Assembly: GCA_023429135.1 (NCBI GenBank)
Contig: JAEYWD010000115.1
Coordinates: forward strand, 74,471-138,470
Reading direction: 5' to 3'
Origin: Bacteroidota bacterium
GTDB taxonomy: Bacteria; Bacteroidota; Bacteroidia; Bacteroidales; JAAUTT01
DNA length: 64,000 nucleotides
In this document: piece by piece, positions 10,720 to 20,354 of the stretch
Layout: each line of letters begins with the position of its first letter
Position numbering within the stretch: the stretch's first letter is position 1
Made by a program: the position numbers and the translations under genes
The notes under the pieces: model-generated
What the model was told of the DNA's origin: nothing
The model's database searches: none
Seen by the model: the letters and a program-made list of their open reading frames with translations, nothing else

Positions 10720-11859
10720 ATGGAAACGACGCGTGTAATTTTGAAAAAAGCCCGAAATTTTTTTACCAGGCTTAGTCTTTACATTAAAATTAAAATGGGA
10801 TGGCTGGGCGTGCCGAAGGTGATTCCATTTCTGGGGTTTAGTAATGGAACCAATACCTTTGTTACAGGCACCGTTGTGGAGGATAATGGTATTTCGCGGC
10901 CCATAGAAGGACAAAGCAAGTGGAAAAACGCCCGGATAATGTTCCAACGCTATTTTATCGATGACTTTGCCGGAGTGAAAGTTGAGGTGAACTTTTTTGG
11001 ACAGTCAAAAGTTGTTGTAACCAATAAATTCGGCGTTTTTAACTGCAGTTTTCAGCATTTGCCTAAAGAAATTCCTGAGGGGATTTGGCAGAAGGTTACA
11101 TTTGAGTTGCCCGAAAAGATACATGCGAAGCAGAAGCACGGCAATTTTGTTGGAGAAGTGATGGTAATACGTCGTAAACCACAGTTTGGGGTTATTTCGG
11201 ACATTGACGATACAATTCTTATATCGTATGCAACAACCAAATTGATGAAATTTCGCCTTATGTTTCTGAATAATGCCCTCACACGGATGCCTTTTGAAGG
11301 TGTTTCGGCATTTTACCAGTCGTTGCAAAACGGGACAGCAGATGGTGCTTTTAATCCTCTTTTTTATCTTTCGAACAGCGAATGGAATCTTTATGATCTT
11401 CTGCATGAGTTTATTGAGTTTAACCGGATTCCGAAAGGTCCTCTTTTATTGCGTGAAATGGAGATCAGGGTATTAAGATTCTGGAAGATGATGGAGTACA
11501 GTAAAAATCATAAAATTGAAAAGTTGCGACAGCTCATGATTTTTTTTGGCGATATGAAATTTATTCTCATTGGCGATAGTGGGCAGAAAGACCCGGAAGT
11601 ATATTCAGAAATAGTTCGCGAGTTTCCAGGGAGGGTGCTGGCAGTTTATATTCGCGATATTGGTATTCCTCAAAAAACAATCCGGATAAAAACAATTTCC
11701 GAGGCCATGAATAAAGAATTTGATACTGAAATGATTCTTGTGAAAGATACCGAAGCCGCTGCTAAACATGCAGTAAAAAAAGGCTTTATAAAACAACAGG
11801 AGATCTCTCACATTAAATCAGAGAAAATGAAGGATCTTGGAGGTGTTTACAATCAATAG
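10720..11859 (+). CDS. App1-like phosphatidate phosphatase (DUF2183)
   Basis: DxDxT motif ISDIDDTIL and downstream LIGDSGQKDPEVY, typical of App1/DUF2183 phosphatases. The ATG at 10720 is preferred over the TTG at 10681. Confidence 0.75.
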   Translation: METTRVILKKARNFFTRLSLYIKIKMGWLGVPKVIPFLGFSNGTNTFVTGTVVEDNGISRPIEGQSKWKNARIMFQRYFIDDFAGVKVEVNFFGQSKVVVTNKFGVFNCSFQHLPKEIPEGIWQKVTFELPEKIHAKQKHGNFVGEVMVIRRKPQFGVISDIDDTILISYATTKLMKFRLMFLNNALTRMPFEGVSAFYQSLQNGTADGAFNPLFYLSNSEWNLYDLLHEFIEFNRIPKGPLLLREMEIRVLRFWKMMEYSKNHKIEKLRQLMIFFGDMKFILIGDSGQKDPEVYSEIVREFPGRVLAVYIRDIGIPQKTIRIKTISEAMNKEFDTEMILVKDTEAAAKHAVKKGFIKQQEISHIKSEKMKDLGGVYNQ

Positions 11860-11976
11860 TTTAAAGATTTGTTCTTTGCTTTTACAAAGGTGTTTTATTT
11901 ATCCTAATTATTTACTAAATTCATTAAATGCTATTTAGAAAATAAAGGAGTTGAAAGCCTGAATTGTTGAGAGCCA

Positions 11977-12612
11977 ATGGTGAACATTATCTTAGTATCG
12001 AAGAATAGGTTATTCCGGCAATGTCTCAAGGTATGTCTTGAAGATGCGAATTTATGTAAAATCATAAATCATTACTGTCTCATTGAAGATATGTTGCAGC
12101 AGGAGGAAGCACCAGGGATTGTGATTGCCGACCTGGCTTATGAATTTCGCAGTTTCCAGTCGATCAGTAATCTGCTTCAAAAACACCCGGACTCAAAAGT
12201 GCTTGTAATTGCAAATAATCTTCTATTGGAAGAATATCGTCAACTGATTGATTTGGGAGTTAAAGGTGCTGTTTCGGCTCAGGATGATTTTGAAGAACTG
12301 GTTAAAGCGGTTAAAGAACTCGCCGCCGGAAAAATTTTTTATCCTTACGATACGCTACAGCAAATAATGATAAATAAGCCGATGGCATCGAATAAACAAA
12401 CTTCTGGTTTAACCGACCGTGAAATTGAAATATTACTTATGCTTTGCGAGGGGCTTTCAAATGAGCAAATTTCTGAAAAAATCCATCTTAGTTACGATAC
12501 CGTAAAATGGCACAGAAGCAATATTTTGAATAAATGTGAATGCAAGAATATTTTGTCTCTCTATAAATACGCCATAAAAAACAACCTTGTACCAGTAGCG
12601 AAGGTGCGTTGA
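11977..12612 (+). CDS. LuxR/FixJ-type DNA-binding protein with degenerate receiver domain
   Basis: C-terminal GerE/LuxR helix-turn-helix (LTDREIEILLMLCEGLSNEQISEKIHLSYDTVKWHRSNI). The N-terminal receiver-like fold has SKN in place of the acidic DD pair. Confidence 0.8.
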   Translation: MVNIILVSKNRLFRQCLKVCLEDANLCKIINHYCLIEDMLQQEEAPGIVIADLAYEFRSFQSISNLLQKHPDSKVLVIANNLLLEEYRQLIDLGVKGAVSAQDDFEELVKAVKELAAGKIFYPYDTLQQIMINKPMASNKQTSGLTDREIEILLMLCEGLSNEQISEKIHLSYDTVKWHRSNILNKCECKNILSLYKYAIKNNLVPVAKVR

Positions 12613-12801
12613 TGTTTATAATAATCAGGTTATTTATTCTTCCGAATTCGGAAAATCAATTTTTTTAGTTAATTTAAAGATCCAATTTATACAACTGTAA
12701 AACTAAATGAACCATCCATGATAAAGATAAACTTTGACACACACGCCAAAGATTGTTTTCATGGATGCTTCGTCTGACTTTTGAAAAATAAAAATTAACA
12801 G

Positions 12802-14244
12802 ATGAATCAGTCGGAAGCTGGCGGAAAAAATGTAATCTTATATGTAGACGACGACGAATACAACCTGATGTTGTTTGAAGAATTTATGAAGGTTGATTAT
12901 GAAGTCCTTACTGCGGTTTCGCCGGCAGATGCTTATGAACTACTGAAAAAGCGTAAAGTAAAGGTGTTGATATCCGACCAGCGCATGCCCGACGAAACTG
13001 GCCTTGAATTTATCAACCGTATTACACCTGAGTTTCCCGATCTTGTTAAAATTATTTTTACGGCGCATGTTGATCACGATGCGGCTTTAATGGCTATCAA
13101 TCAAGGCGGTATTTACCGGTATGTGCTTAAGCCCTGGAATTTCCCCGAAATGAGGCAGACGCTTCAGAATGCAATTCGCGAATTCGATCTGAAAACTGAG
13201 AACCAGAACCTTATTAAGCAGTTGGTCTCTAAAAATGTGGTTTTGGAAAGGGCTTACCTTCAAATTAAAGAAAGCGAGAAGAAATTTACAGGCATTTTTC
13301 AGGCTTCATCCGATGGAATGATGCTGCTTCGCGATGATAAGATTCTTGAGGTTAACGATGCCTTTGTTAAAATTGCAGGTTTTGAACCAGGCAACTTTTC
13401 ACGTGAAAAATTAAAGCTATTAATTGAAAGGGAAATTCCTGCTGTTTTTTCTTTTACAAATGCTAAGATTGTTGAAAATCAGAATTTTTCAACTTTCGAG
13501 TTTATTAATGCAAAGATGGAACGCAAATATGTTGAACTTCATTACCAGGTATTCGATTTAGCCGGACAAATGGTGGTGTTGGTTGTGGTTCACGATGTTA
13601 CCGAGCGGAAAATGATGGAGCAGAAAATAATGGAAGCTATTTTTCGTACCCAGGAAGAGTCGCAGGGCAGGTATGCTCAGGAACTGCACGATGGCCTTGG
13701 GCCGGTGTTGTCAACAGTGAAGATGTATATCGAATGGCTTTGCAGTGACAAAAACACAATTAATCGCGATCTGATTAAAAATAACTCTATTCACGCTGTA
13801 GATGAAGCTATTAATCAGGCTAAGGAGATTGCCAATAACCTGAGTCCTCATGTTTTGCAACGTTTCGGACTAATAAATGCATTGAAAAATCATGCTGACA
13901 GGCTTAAAGATAAATCGGCTATTGCCATTTATTCCAAAATAACAGACAGGATGCCTGCTGATGTTGAGATAATGCTCTACCGGGTACTGCTCGAATGTAT
14001 TAACAATTCCATTAAACATGCACATGCCGAAAATATATCCATTCATCTTGATAAAGAGGTTCAGAAAATTTTAGTAACTTATAAAGATAATGGGAAAGGG
14101 TTTGATGTTGAAAAAACCATGAAGGAAACCAATGGTATGGGGCTTTTTAATATAGAGAACAGAATTAAGCTGATAGGAGGGGAGATTAATATTCAATCTA
14201 CAATTGGTAAAGGAACTTGTATTGATATTATTTTAACAAAATAA
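12802..14244 (+). CDS. Receiver-PAS-histidine kinase (HisKA_3 / NarX-DegS type)
   Basis: N-terminal receiver (LYVDDDEYN, ISDQRMPDETG, KPW), a PAS-like middle ending in HDVTERK, a HisKA_3 H-box ELHDGLGPVLS, and a HATPase region (NGMGLFNIENR, GKGT). Confidence 0.9.
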   Translation: MNQSEAGGKNVILYVDDDEYNLMLFEEFMKVDYEVLTAVSPADAYELLKKRKVKVLISDQRMPDETGLEFINRITPEFPDLVKIIFTAHVDHDAALMAINQGGIYRYVLKPWNFPEMRQTLQNAIREFDLKTENQNLIKQLVSKNVVLERAYLQIKESEKKFTGIFQASSDGMMLLRDDKILEVNDAFVKIAGFEPGNFSREKLKLLIEREIPAVFSFTNAKIVENQNFSTFEFINAKMERKYVELHYQVFDLAGQMVVLVVVHDVTERKMMEQKIMEAIFRTQEESQGRYAQELHDGLGPVLSTVKMYIEWLCSDKNTINRDLIKNNSIHAVDEAINQAKEIANNLSPHVLQRFGLINALKNHADRLKDKSAIAIYSKITDRMPADVEIMLYRVLLECINNSIKHAHAENISIHLDKEVQKILVTYKDNGKGFDVEKTMKETNGMGLFNIENRIKLIGGEINIQSTIGKGTCIDIILTK

Positions 14245-14246
14245 AA

Positions 14247-14903
14247 ATGAGTAATAAAATTCGAATCTTTTTAGTTGACGATCACGATATGTTTCGTGAT
14301 GGTGTTAAGTTGTTATTGTCGAGCGATAATTTAGCTGAAGTAGTAGCAGAAGCCCGTAACGGAAAAGAGTTTCTTGAAAAGGTAGAACAGGTTAATCCCG
14401 ACATTGTTTTAATGGATATTTCCATGCCCGAAATGGACGGTATTGAAGCTTCCCGAATAGCTCATGAAAAATATCCCCAGTTGAAGATTCTTGCTTTGAC
14501 CATGTTTGGAGACGAAAAATATTATTACCAAATGATCCAGACCGGGATAAAAGGATTTGTGCTTAAATCGGCAGGTATCAGCGAACTTATTAAAGCTATT
14601 ACCGAGGTGTCGAAAGGCGAAAATTATTTCTCGGGAGAATTGCTTTACAAATTGATTCAGAATATTAACTCAAATAAAGGGACAGTTAACGGATCCTCGT
14701 CCGAGAAGCTTTCGACCCGCGAAATTGAAGTGCTGAAATTGATATCCTCCGGGTTGTCGAATGAGGATATTGCAAGCCAACTGAATATTAGTCTTGCAAC
14801 TGTAAAAACCCACCGAAGCGCCCTGTTATCGAAAACTGGTTCTAATAATACTGCCAGTTTAATTATGTATGCGCTAAAAAATAAGTTAATTGATCTGGTA
14901 TAA
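14247..14903 (+). CDS. NarL/FixJ-family response regulator
   Basis: Receiver motifs FLVDDHDMF, LMDISMPEMDG, LTMF and VLKS, plus a LuxR helix-turn-helix (LSTREIEVLKLISSGLSNEDIASQLNISLATVKTHR). It starts 2 nt after the upstream kinase. Confidence 0.93.
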   Translation: MSNKIRIFLVDDHDMFRDGVKLLLSSDNLAEVVAEARNGKEFLEKVEQVNPDIVLMDISMPEMDGIEASRIAHEKYPQLKILALTMFGDEKYYYQMIQTGIKGFVLKSAGISELIKAITEVSKGENYFSGELLYKLIQNINSNKGTVNGSSSEKLSTREIEVLKLISSGLSNEDIASQLNISLATVKTHRSALLSKTGSNNTASLIMYALKNKLIDLV

Positions 14904-15121
14904 AATTTATTGAATTAGGCTCTTTAGAAATAGGTTTGTCCACAGTCCTCAGACCACAGACGTCAGCTAACAGCCATGGCAAATTTTAAAAATCAGTGTT
15001 ATTGACCAAAGCTGTATGGCTGTGGACCGTTGACCGTGGTCTGTCGACCCGCTGTTATGACTATTAATTAAGCGCCTGCTTCAATTAATTCTTAAGGGAT
15101 AAAGAGTTAATAAAAATAGAG

Positions 15122-15159
15122 TGGCTGTGTAATTTTGTCCGGCACTTTTCACACAGCCA
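15122..15159 (-). terminator. Candidate terminator of mcp1
   Basis: 9-bp stem TGGCTGTGT (15122-15130) pairs with ACACAGCCA (15151-15159), 36 nt past the mcp1 stop. On the minus strand a T-rich stretch follows (TCTATTTTTATT). Confidence 0.4.
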
Positions 15160-15194
15160 GCTCCATGTTTCGGTTTAAAATTGGTTAAAGTACA

Positions 15195-17117
15195 CTAAAA
15201 GCTTTCAAAAAGTTTATCATCCTTCTCTGGACTTGACATGTTTACATTTATCCCGTTTGTATGCTCCAACACCGGGAGAGTGAAACGAGAACTATGTACT
15301 GGTTTTTTGGGAGATTTCTGCTGCTTTTGCAACCCGGATGTTTTTAACTTCCTACCCGTGTTAAAGAAGCTAATGGTTTCCTTAAGTAATTCTGCCTGAC
15401 CGGCAAGTTCTTCGGAGCTGGAGCTCATTTCTTCGGCAGCCGCAGCATTCTGTTGTGTAACCTGTGTAAACTGAATTACTGCCTTGGTTATTTGTTCCGA
15501 TCCGGCACGTTGTTCATTGCTCGATGCAGCTATTTCCTTTACAAGTTGTGCTGTTTTTTGTATCTCCGGAATAATTTTCATCATCATGTTTCCTGAGTCT
15601 TCCGTCACTTTCAGACTCGATGCCGAGAGCTCGTTAATTTCCACAGCCGCTTTCTGACTTACTTCAGCAAGTTTTCTTACTTCGGCAGCCACAACGGCAA
15701 AGCCTTTGCCCTGTTCTCCTGCGCGTGCTGCTTCAATGGCGGCATTAATGGCCAGAATATCGGTTTTGCCGGCAATGTCGTTTATAATTCTAATTTTTTC
15801 CGAGATCTGCCTGATGGCCTCCAGGCTCTTTTGTGCTGCGGTATTTACTTCCATCATACCTTGAGCCGAAGCTACGGCAATTTTCTCGGTAGCAATGGAG
15901 TTGTCGCTGTTCTGCTGAATTGATGATGTCATTTCTTCTATCGACGACGACACCTCTTCGGCCGATGCCGATTGCTCGTTGGCTCCCTCGGAAATCTGAA
16001 CTGCCGAGGTACTCATTTCACTACTGCTGATGGCTACATTTTCAGCGGCATCCATCACCTGACCCACAATTTCGCTCAAACGCGTTACCATGTTGGAAAG
16101 TGCTCCCATAAGTTCATCGTTTTCGGAGCGTTTTGCAAGGGTAATCGTTAAATCGCCCTGAGCCACCATTTTTGCTTTGGTGATAATTTCGTTGAATGAT
16201 TTGATTAAACTGTTCAGATTCTGTTTGATGTTGTCGAAATCACCATTGTAATTTTCGGTAATTAGTTCGGGCATATCTCCTTTTGCAATTCTGTCGACAT
16301 ATTCGGCAGCCACATTCAAGGGGGTAATTACAGCATCGAGCGTTTGGTTTATTCCAACCACAATGGCCCGGAATTCAGCATTTGTTTCTTCAGTATTGGC
16401 TCTTACAGTTAGCTTTCCGGCAATTGCCGCATCGATCAGATTTTTTGTTTGGTCTATTACCGATTTTATTATTTTCTGAATATTTGAGGCAATAAGTAAT
16501 CCTAGCGTTATAGCAACCAGAATTCCTGTGATAATTAAAAATATCATGGTTAAGGAAGTACTGTTTGCAAGTTTTGCGTTGTTTTCCGACATTCTTTTAC
16601 CGGTATCCAGGTTGTATTGAGTGCTTTCGTTGATGGATTTTTGCAGAGCTTCGTTAACTTTAAACCAGTTGCCCCGCATTAACTTGTAGGCATTGGTGTG
16701 GTCGTTCGCATAAAGTAATTTTCTGAATTCAGGGAAGTAAGCCGAATATGAATGATAATTCTTCTCCAAAGCTTCGCAATTAGCATGGTCAGTTTCGTCG
16801 ATAGCAGATTTTTTTAAAGTTGAAATGGTGATTTTAAATTCCTGATCGAGTTTGTCCATTTGTCCCAGGTATTTATCCAATTCCTGACGGTCGTCTGCAA
16901 TATAAGCATCGCGTATTAAAACCCGGATTTGCTGATAATAGGTTGTAACTTCTGTGCAGTGACCTAAGGATACAGCAACCGACTCGTATAATGTCGTATC
17001 GGCTTTTTTCATCTTATTCAGACTTAGAATAGAGTATAGCCCTATAACCCCGGCAATCAGGGCTACCAGTATAAAACTCATAAGGAGCTTTGTTCTGATT
17101 TTCATTTTGTTTAGCAT
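15195..17117 (-). CDS. Methyl-accepting chemotaxis protein (MCP1)
   Basis: 640 aa. TM1 ([23 protein letters not shown]), a periplasmic helical-bundle-like region, TM2, and one cytoplasmic HAMP-like module. The canonical signalling hairpin reads [37 protein letters not shown]-rich methylation helices; C-terminus LFESF. Confidence 0.95.
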   Translation of the reverse strand: MLNKMKIRTKLLMSFILVALIAGVIGLYSILSLNKMKKADTTLYESVAVSLGHCTEVTTYYQQIRVLIRDAYIADDRQELDKYLGQMDKLDQEFKITISTLKKSAIDETDHANCEALEKNYHSYSAYFPEFRKLLYANDHTNAYKLMRGNWFKVNEALQKSINESTQYNLDTGKRMSENNAKLANSTSLTMIFLIITGILVAITLGLLIASNIQKIIKSVIDQTKNLIDAAIAGKLTVRANTEETNAEFRAIVVGINQTLDAVITPLNVAAEYVDRIAKGDMPELITENYNGDFDNIKQNLNSLIKSFNEIITKAKMVAQGDLTITLAKRSENDELMGALSNMVTRLSEIVGQVMDAAENVAISSSEMSTSAVQISEGANEQSASAEEVSSSIEEMTSSIQQNSDNSIATEKIAVASAQGMMEVNTAAQKSLEAIRQISEKIRIINDIAGKTDILAINAAIEAARAGEQGKGFAVVAAEVRKLAEVSQKAAVEINELSASSLKVTEDSGNMMMKIIPEIQKTAQLVKEIAASSNEQRAGSEQITKAVIQFTQVTQQNAAAAEEMSSSSEELAGQAELLKETISFFNTGRKLKTSGLQKQQKSPKKPVHSSRFTLPVLEHTNGINVNMSSPEKDDKLFESF

Positions 17118-17425
17118 GACTGTGATTTTAGGTTGATTATTGTTAGAATATGATTGTATAAGAGATGAGACGAGCTAAGTCCGTCCCTGCGAAAGGACGA
17201 ATATTTAGTTTAATGAAATATGATCAGCGTTGTACCGGGCGAAGAAATATATTTTCGTTGCTTCGATACAGATTGAAAATGCGAACATATAAACACCGTA
17301 TTTATATGTCGGATATTAATTGAACTTTTTAAAAGATTAATCCGGGCAAAAGGATTTGTGTTCATATCTGATAACGTGGTAATGAAGAATAAATTTAATA
17401 GAAAGGCAGTGTTTATGCACCATGC

Positions 17426-17461
17426 GAACTAACGGTTTTAATCCTCCTAAAGGATGATTTT
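17426..17461 (-). promoter_or_regulatory. Conserved bipartite che-upstream motif, copy A
   Basis: The + strand reads GAACTAACGGTTTTAATCCTCCTAAAGGATGATTTT, about 310 nt upstream of the mcp1 start. It is near-identical to the copies at 38011 and 40570. Confidence 0.5.
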
Positions 17462-17527
17462 ACTTTTCATGCTTTTGGATGATTATTATAGACTTAGGAA
17501 ATGATTTTGCCGGTGCTGATAAGCAAA

Positions 17528-17555
17528 GGAGCTGTCCGTAGTTGTGGACAGCTCC
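17528..17555 (-). terminator. Candidate terminator of mcp2
   Basis: Perfect 10-bp stem GGAGCTGTCC / GGACAGCTCC with an 8-nt loop, 30 nt past the mcp2 stop. The minus-strand downstream sequence is TTTGCTTAT. Confidence 0.55.
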
Positions 17556-17584
17556 GTAATAAGGTTAAAAACTGGTCAGGGTGT

Positions 17585-19507
17585 TTAAAAACTTTCGAAA
17601 AATTTATCTCCTTTGTCGGTACTTCCCATGTTTACATTTATACCTGAGGCTTGATCCGATGCCGGAATATGCATACGTTGATTATGAACTGGTTTTTTGA
17701 GATTCTTCTGTTGCTTCAGCAATGGTGAAGATTTTACCTGCTTGCCTGTATTGAAGAAACCAATGGTTTCCTTCAGTAGCTCTGCCTGGCTGGCAAGCTC
17801 TTCGGAGCTGGAACTCATTTCTTCGGCAGCGGCCGCATTCTGTTGTGTTACCTGAGTAAACTGAATTACAGCCTTGGTGATCTGTTCCGAACCGGCACGC
17901 TGCTCGTTACTCGAAGCCGCAATTTCTTTTACAAGCTGAGCTGTCTTCTGAATTTCCGGTATTATTTTGTTCATCATACTTCCCGATTCTTCGGTCACCC
18001 TAAGGCTCGATGCCGAAAGTTCGTTAATTTCCACTGCCGCTTTCTGGCTTACCTCAGCCAGTTTCCGCACTTCGGCAGCTACAACGGCAAAGCCTTTACC
18101 CTGTTCTCCGGCACGCGCTGCTTCAATGGCTGCATTAATGGCCAGGATGTCGGTTTTGCCAGCTATATCGTTAATTATTTTGATTTTTTCCGATATCTGT
18201 CTTATGGCCTCCAGGCTTTTCTGAGCGGCTGTATTAACATCAATCATTCCCTGAGCTGAGGTCACCGCAATTTTCTCGGTAGTAATTGAGTTGTCGCTGT
18301 TTTGCTGGATGGTTGAAGCCATTTCTTCTATTGACGACGACACTTCTTCGGCTGATGCCGACTGCTCGTTTGCTCCTTCCGAAATTTGAACTGCAGAGGT
18401 GCTCATTTCATTACTGCTGATGGCTACATTTTCAGCGGCATCCATCACCTGCCCTACAATTTCGCTTAACCGGGCTACCATGTTGGAAAGCGCTCCCATC
18501 AATTCGTCGTTTTCCGAACGTTTGGCAAGGGTAATCGTGAGATCGCCCTGAGCCACCATTTTGGCTTTGGTGATTATTTCGTTAAACGAAATAATAAGAC
18601 TATTGAGGTTATTCTTTAGATTGTTAAAGTCGCCGTTGTAATTATCGGTAATAAGTTCGGGCATATCGCCCTTAGCTATTTTATCAACATAGTTGACGGC
18701 AACATTTAGCGGAGTGATAACTGCATCGAGGGTTTGGTTGATGCCCACCACAATTTCGCGAAACTCAACATTTGTTTCTTCGGCGTTGGCCCTGGTGGTG
18801 AGTTTGCCGGCAACCGCTGAATCAATAAGATTTTTGGTTTGCCCGATAACCGATTTGATAATTTTCTGAATGTTGGCTGAAATTACAAGCCCCAACGTTA
18901 TGGCCAGTATTATTCCGATAACAATCATTACAGTCATCGAAAGGGTTGCCGCAAGTGCCAGGCTCGTATTGTCATCAGATATTTTTTTGCCCGAATCGAC
19001 ATTGTATTGCACAATAAGATCGGTGGCATTCTGCATGGCTTCGTTCGCGTTAAACCAGTCGCCTCTCATAAGCTTGCGGGCATTGTCGTGGTCTTTTGCT
19101 GCAAGAAGCTTCCTGAATTCGGGGAGATATTGGTTGTAATCCGAGCGCGCTTTTTCGAGGGCTTCGATGTTTTTCTTATCGGTTTCGTCCAGAACTGTAG
19201 CCTTTAGCTTTTGTAGGTTTTCAAGAAATGCCTTATCAATATCCTCTATTCTTTTCAGATATGTTTCTGCTTCATTAATACTCTCGGCCATATACGCATC
19301 GCGTATGTTCACCCTTATTCTCTGGAAATTGGTTGCCAGTTCGGTGCAATAACTTAACGATACCGCTACATTTTCATAAAGGTTGGTGTCTGCTTTTTCG
19401 AGTTGGTTCAGGCTGCGTATGGAAAAGATACCGATTACACCTGCGATTAAAGCTACTAAGATGAAACCGGAAAGCAACTTGGTTCTTATTTTTAATCTGT
19501 TAAACAT
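17585..19507 (-). CDS. Methyl-accepting chemotaxis protein (MCP2)
   Basis: 640 aa paralog of MCP1 with the same architecture. The signalling domain is nearly identical at protein level. C-terminus FFESF. It starts 13 nt after the cheW1 stop. Confidence 0.95.
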   Translation of the reverse strand: MFNRLKIRTKLLSGFILVALIAGVIGIFSIRSLNQLEKADTNLYENVAVSLSYCTELATNFQRIRVNIRDAYMAESINEAETYLKRIEDIDKAFLENLQKLKATVLDETDKKNIEALEKARSDYNQYLPEFRKLLAAKDHDNARKLMRGDWFNANEAMQNATDLIVQYNVDSGKKISDDNTSLALAATLSMTVMIVIGIILAITLGLVISANIQKIIKSVIGQTKNLIDSAVAGKLTTRANAEETNVEFREIVVGINQTLDAVITPLNVAVNYVDKIAKGDMPELITDNYNGDFNNLKNNLNSLIISFNEIITKAKMVAQGDLTITLAKRSENDELMGALSNMVARLSEIVGQVMDAAENVAISSNEMSTSAVQISEGANEQSASAEEVSSSIEEMASTIQQNSDNSITTEKIAVTSAQGMIDVNTAAQKSLEAIRQISEKIKIINDIAGKTDILAINAAIEAARAGEQGKGFAVVAAEVRKLAEVSQKAAVEINELSASSLRVTEESGSMMNKIIPEIQKTAQLVKEIAASSNEQRAGSEQITKAVIQFTQVTQQNAAAAEEMSSSSEELASQAELLKETIGFFNTGKQVKSSPLLKQQKNLKKPVHNQRMHIPASDQASGINVNMGSTDKGDKFFESF

Positions 19508-19520
19508 ATTAATGGTTTTA

Positions 19521-19985
19521 TTAGTTAATAGAATTTTCTTTAATTGAACTTAGTTCGGCGTTTGAGAATACCTTTTCTACATTAAGGAGCATAGTAAAAT
19601 GTTTGCCTGTTTTAAAAATACCCTGGAGAAAGTCGGTGTTGAAATTGCTGCTCATGAGGGGCAAGGGCTTGATTTCCTCATCATTCAGCGATATTACATC
19701 TTCAACTTTATCTACAATAGCTCCTAACCTGAAAATGTTTTTGTCGCCGGAAACATCAATAACAATAATGTTGTAGGATGGAGAATCGCTTTTGGTATAA
19801 TTGAAGCGAACTCGGGTGTCGAAAACAGGAAGAACTTCTCCGCGGAAATTAATTATTCCGCTTATAAAAGCCGGAGCATTTGGAACAGGAGTGATATGCC
19901 CGTTTTGCAGTACCTCCAGCACTTTGTTCACATTTACAGCGAAGTTTTCGCCGCAAATGGTAAATGATAAATAGGTGCGAATCAT
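19521..19985 (-). CDS. cheW: Chemotaxis coupling protein CheW (copy 1)
   Basis: 154 aa single CheW-like domain ([45 protein letters not shown]). Confidence 0.9.
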   Translation of the reverse strand: MIRTYLSFTICGENFAVNVNKVLEVLQNGHITPVPNAPAFISGIINFRGEVLPVFDTRVRFNYTKSDSPSYNIIVIDVSGDKNIFRLGAIVDKVEDVISLNDEEIKPLPLMSSNFNTDFLQGIFKTGKHFTMLLNVEKVFSNAELSSIKENSIN

Positions 19986-20121
19986 ATGAAAGATTTATTT
20001 TATAAGTACAGATTTCGGGAAGAGAATTTTATCCCTGAGATAAGGTTAATAAACCACAGCGGCAGGAGCCGCTGTGGAGATAGAAAAGATCTATAATGAA
20101 AGATTTGATGATTAAAAGAAA

Positions 20122-20147
20122 CTTGGGAATTTCTCCCAAGCTTTTTT
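20122..20147. terminator. Terminator-like hairpin in the cheW1 / ZIP divergent intergenic region
   Basis: CTTGGGA (20122-20128) pairs with TCCCAAG (20134-20140). An A-rich run lies to the left and T6 (20142-20147) to the right. No upstream gene exists for it to terminate on either strand. Confidence 0.45.
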
Positions 20148-20354
20148 AAGTTTATTTTCATTGCCTCTAACGGTTTTTTATTGAATTGAAATTAGTAGAA
20201 AATGATTGCTCATTTGCCATGCAAAAGGGTGGTTTCATCTCATACTAAAGGATGATTGTATGGTCGTACTTAAGGTTTAGTTTGTAATGGAAATGATTTT
20301 TTGTTGAATTTGACGCTTTAGCTTGCAGTCTGTTTATTATTTAAAACTCGTTTT

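Noticed and set aside
14935-15055. CCACAG/CTGTGG-rich imperfect inverted repeats between the NarL-type regulator and mcp1, considered as a possible REP or mobile-element end.
   Set aside because: Only short blocks of 6-8 bp pair, and with inconsistent register. The location between convergent genes is adequately explained by weak terminator structures. A genome-wide copy search would be needed to say more.
17967-18224. Plus-strand ORFs antisense to the MCP genes have conserved translations (...[35 protein letters not shown]...). They recur at 17967-18224, 28524-28856, 31596-31820 and 38513-38860. A second set ([21 protein letters not shown]...) occurs at 30135-30362 and 33201-33428.
   Set aside because: Their conservation is fully explained by conservation of the sense-strand MCP sequence. 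Ala/Glu/Ser-rich coiled-coil codons leave the antisense frame free of stops. They have no independent start context, and they overlap high-confidence genes completely.
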